Shown here piece after piece: positions 59,866 to 64,000 of a DNA stretch of 64,000 nucleotides. Within the stretch, counting starts at the first letter, position 1. Every line of letters starts with the position of its first letter. The notes under the pieces are model-generated. The model saw nothing but the letters and a program-made list of their open reading frames with translations, was not told the origin of the DNA and did not search any database. Made by a program: the position numbers and the translations under genes. This stretch comes from Minutocellus sp. GHC0000111. Lineage: Eukaryota. The stretch is taken from NCBI GenBank assembly GCA_977018835.1, contig OZ361259.1:4278001-4342000 (forward strand). The letters run 5' to 3'.

Positions 59866-62575
59866 CTACAACCACAAGCCGCCAAACATTGGCGAAGGAT
59901 GATGCACATCCGACATAATTTCGCCTTGGCCCAATCTCCCGCTCATTCGACCACAGGACAGGACATCACCAGCTTCTGCATGAAATACGGTATTGTCAAA
60001 ACCCGCACACGCATTTACCAGGCCCGATACACTTTCGTGAAAATGAATCTTTCTTGGAGACCAAATGATCCGCCTTCTCTTGTCGGACTTACTCTCTTTG
60101 CCTTTCTTTTCGATTTGTTTGAGTATCTTTACACCTTTAAGAAGGTCTTGACCCTGAGGTCTGTATCCAAGGCGACCGTGATCAGAAAGTCCCCATGAAA
60201 ATGCTGATCCATCCTTTGCGATTGCAATTGCATGTCGCGATCCGTGGCTAATTTTTGCGATTGAGGTTGGAATATTAGATGATGAAGAGTCCCCAAATGT
60301 GATTTCTGTTGGCTCAATCATCGTTTCGATATCTTTACCCAAACCAAGCAAGCCGTCAGAACTGGAACCAAAAGTGATGACCCTCCCATTGCTCATCAGC
60401 ACAGCGGTGCACTCTGGTCCGAGAGATATTGAGGATGGATATGGTTTCCTTCCATCTATCGGCCGTTTGGATAGCGACTGGATAATATTTGGGATGGCCA
60501 CAGCTCGCGGTAAGGCAGATACTCGCTTCTTGATTGTAGGCTTGGCAACTTTGTCGGTTCCATTCGCCACAGCACGGCTTGGATCGCGACCGCCAACCTC
60601 CCTTACATGCGATCCAAGACCAAGGGCTCCTCGACTTGCTTTTCCCCATGTATAAAGCTCAATAACATCGGCATCGGTACGGACCAATGCGGCCGAGTGA
60701 TGATCCGATGCTGCAATGGCAAAAATTCCTCGTCTGGGCAGATTCAGGCCCTCATTCGCATTCTCCCCATCCTGTGGGCATGGAGTAAATGTAACACCAA
60801 GTCGAACAGAGCGAGGAAGAAGAACATCATCTTCTAACCCTGTGCCTTCGTCTACGAGATTAGATTGTGTGGTGGAAGCATTGCCATTCTTTCTACTGGA
60901 TCGTTGCTTTGGTGAAGCGGCAGAAGGAGCAGAAGGATCAGACGATGGGTCATTTAAACCAAGCTTCATGTAATCATTTCTGCCAAAGGCGTACACTTGA
61001 TGATGCGTCAATGCTGGTGAGGTCGACTCATCCGACAAGGAAGAGGAGGACTGTAGACCCACTCGATCACCGATAGTTTGAACAATCACAAGTGAATGGT
61101 TTACTCCGGCGGCACAATCGATTGTCTTACCTCCCCTTTCCAGTAGGGGTGTAACAATAGCTGGGTTTCGAACAAAATCGTCCTCTTGGCGTCCGTTGCC
61201 AAGCTGCCCGTGACGATTTCTGCCGTACGAAAACAGTAGTGCTTCTCTGGATATTAGCAATACATGAGATCCCGATGGATGTGCTGAAACCTTGGTAACG
61301 AACACCGTCGATAAAGCGGAAACGAAGGTAGGTATTCCATGCAAAAGTGCTGGTGAATCGGGCGCCTCGGGCGGTATGGATATCGATTCCTCTGCTTCTA
61401 GCATGTCCTTTCCATGGCAGGCATCATCAAACGATGTCATGGAGTGCAAGCCTCCGCACGACATGTCCACAGTATCACAAGTTGGGACCACGGCATTGTC
61501 ATCGTCACAAATGCCTCGTCTTTGAGGTGCAGCAGCCTTGCTAGGACTACCACCGGCAGCGCCCGTGGCGACCAGATTGGCCCAGCTAGTTTCTGTTGGC
61601 CGATCTTCGTGCAGAGGTTCCAATTGGCCCACCGAGCTATGAGGGCTCGCCGCAGCGACACGGCTTTCATCTTCGACGGCATAGTGCGAATAATCAAAGC
61701 TGGGGAGGAGATTGATGCCATCTTCACCACCTACTGTTGATGCACCAATAGAATCGTCCTGGGATGGGTTGATCATCAAGTCTGGGACCACAGTGCCTGA
61801 ATTGTCCTCCTTGGATTTATTAGTATGAGTGTGTCCATTGCTTGTCCCATCAGGATTGTGTCCATGTCCATGGCCATTCTCCTTCCCGCCACCATTTTCC
61901 ATTCCGCCACCGAGGAGGCCACCACGTCTCGTCAATGGATCGGTGTTTTCAGGTCGCTGTCTTGTGGCAGTGCCGTTTCCGATAACTTGCCGTTCAGGCC
62001 GGCCCCAGCTGTACGGTTGTTCCTCGTGTTGAGCCTGTATTATGTGCTGAGATTGGTGCTGTTGCCCATACACAATATCTTGCTGAGCATGTTCTGATCC
62101 ACCCAGCAAGCCTCTACCACCACCTCCTCCGCCGCTGCTGCTACCACGATTTTGTCTCCAGTGACCACTGCTCGACTCGAGTATTTCTTCATCATCTTCG
62201 CCACCGCCCCTGTTCGCCGTTCCGCATAGTTGTGAAGGTGAGGAGGAGGCTGCCCCGTCTGCACCGCACGGTCCGTATATTTTACAGTTGGTCTCGGCCA
62301 GCTCAGCCGTCCACTGCTGGCATTGGAATGCCCCCTCCTCCAACTGAGACTGAGGCCGATACGGATTGATCGTCATTTGGCGTACTCGAAGGTCCACAAT
62401 ACCCAGCTGCATTGGACGGGGAAGACGACGTGCGTTGCGACTTCTTCGGGCTTCTCAACGATTCCTTTGCATTCGGACTTGGGAAGAACTTGGCCTCATC
62501 CGCGCGGTCGCGGCAGGCAAGGACATCTCCAGTGCTTGGAGAGAGTAGCAGGGTTTCTATTCGGGAGCATGCCAT
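59866..62575 (-). CDS. RCC1-repeat protein with a frameshift near 62311
   Basis: FSYGRNRHGQLG, AAGVNHSL, YAFGRNDYMKLG, YTWGKASRGALG and FSWGLSDHGRLG repeats. The N-terminus MACSRIETLLL... is in another frame. Confidence 0.8.
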
Positions 62576-62760
62576 TTTGGTGGAACGTCGTACAACTGAA
62601 CAACCGCTTCTTCTTCCTCTTTTGGGTTGGGCCGGCCAAGAGCACATAACAAAACACGTGTTTTGTTATGTGCTCTTGGGGCTGGCTGGCCGTTGTGGGT
62701 ACCGCACGGTGGGGATGAGCTGGCGACGGTGGTTAGCAGCAGGCACTAAAACTGCATTCC

Positions 62761-64000
62761 TGTAGTGCCCAGTTTTTCTGCTGACCACCACCTTCGCCTC
62801 CTCTCGTCTCAACTGACCAAGCCACAACCATCTGCGATTGCTGCCGTTGCAATTGCTAAGTCAGCTTACAGTACCGGCTCCCAGAGCCTGTCTCTCTCTC
62901 TCTCTCAGCAGTTAGTTAGTTTTAGCACTAGGTTGGTGCTACTCTACGAGTTCGTAATTATTGGCCGACGACACACCACCACTGCTGCTGTTGTTAGTTA
63001 GTCCAGAGACCGCAGTCGACTCCGGAGTCAAACGGCCACGGCTCAGCTCCGTTGATAGTGCACGTAGATCCGATACCAGTCTCTACGACGGCAGAACAGT
63101 GCATGGCCGAACCAGATCGACCGGAACTGGATCACGTGTTGTTCGGAGTGGCAAGAGACCTCATCGTCCGAGGAGACTCTCTCCTGACCTACCTTCCACG
63201 AGGCTGGGACGACAGACTCAGACGTCAGATTCGGCCCGGGCGCAGAAGTTTCTTCACAGCCAGGGCGTCGTCCGAGAGACTGACCACAGACGCACTGGAT
63301 TGGTGGAGAAGTTTTGCCGAGGGCCGAATCGACGTTACCGAGCACCTCACCGATCTCGTCGAGCGCGCCACAGGCTACCTCTCCCATCGAGAGCCACGGG
63401 GTACCAGCCATCCCCAGCAGCAGCCGTTTCACACCTTACTCCAGTAGCGCACGGTCTGGTCGCCGAGTACCTCGAGCAACAAGCCTTCTTGGTGTCACCG
63501 GACTGGCCCACGCACCTCGTCAACATCTGGCTGACAGCCACGCGCCTTACCGAGCCTGAGATCCGCCGGGCACACGAGACGGCAACTGAGTTGGACCTGA
63601 GCAGTGCACTGTACCGACTACCACGGGCAGACGGAGGCGTCGTGGTTCAACAGTATCGGGGGCGAAGGTTCCGGAGGCATCGGTAGCAGCAGCGCGGCAA
63701 CACCATTGCATCTGGCCCCAGCTCTGCCGGCTCTCGCAGTGCATCCTCCACTACCAGGCCGACCGAAAAGAAAGACGGCGCATCGCGGCCAGAGAGGGCA
63801 GACCTCTAGAGCCGACACCGCACGCTTGCATAGGTTCACGGGGGAGCGAGCTTCCACCAACGCTGCCGCTCACTTATTTCGAGTGGGAGGTAAGGCCACT
63901 CTTCTACCCACGTGACGCACACGACCGAACCGAGCGGGCTGGCGTCAGTGTGGCATTGGAGCGAGGAGATCTCATCGGCCCTTTCGCCCTGATCACCCAG
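62761..64000 (+). other. Degenerate coding-like sequence, possibly the 5' part of a retroelement
   Basis: GC-rich reading frames broken by stops and frameshifts, no recognisable domain, running off the window edge. Confidence 0.3.

Overview
Gene-dense eukaryotic nuclear DNA, most likely from a diatom: short GT-AG introns, bipartite 'ASA-F'-type plastid presequences and TA-rich intergenic spacers. About 28 protein genes are present, including CABIN1-like, LarB-like, RRN3, a protein kinase, a tandem dCMP deaminase, a ubiquitin-like/eL41 fusion, CWF18, TMEM64/TVP38, a J-domain protein, adenylate kinase, FIS1, a ZIP transporter, a 2Fe-2S protein, NAA35, a GH1 glucosidase, a SET methyltransferase, FTR1, a BRUTUS/HRZ-like hemerythrin-RING ligase, RIX1-like and RCC1-like. 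Four or five transposon insertions interrupt them. Main observations: (1) two mariner-type DD38/39D elements sit at TA sites inside coding exons, and removing them restores in-frame LarB and J-domain genes; (2) one of them is a 6.1-kb fold-back palindrome whose long duplicated arms are about 5-fold depleted of TpA (0 Tyr in 401 codons), suggesting a repeat-associated TpA->TpG/CpA mutation process opposite in direction to fungal RIP; (3) FTR1 lies head-to-head with a putative iron-sensing E3 ligase; (4) many host genes carry stops or frameshifts, suggesting a decaying haplotype or duplicate, although sequencing error is not excluded. All counts are by hand and no database search was run.
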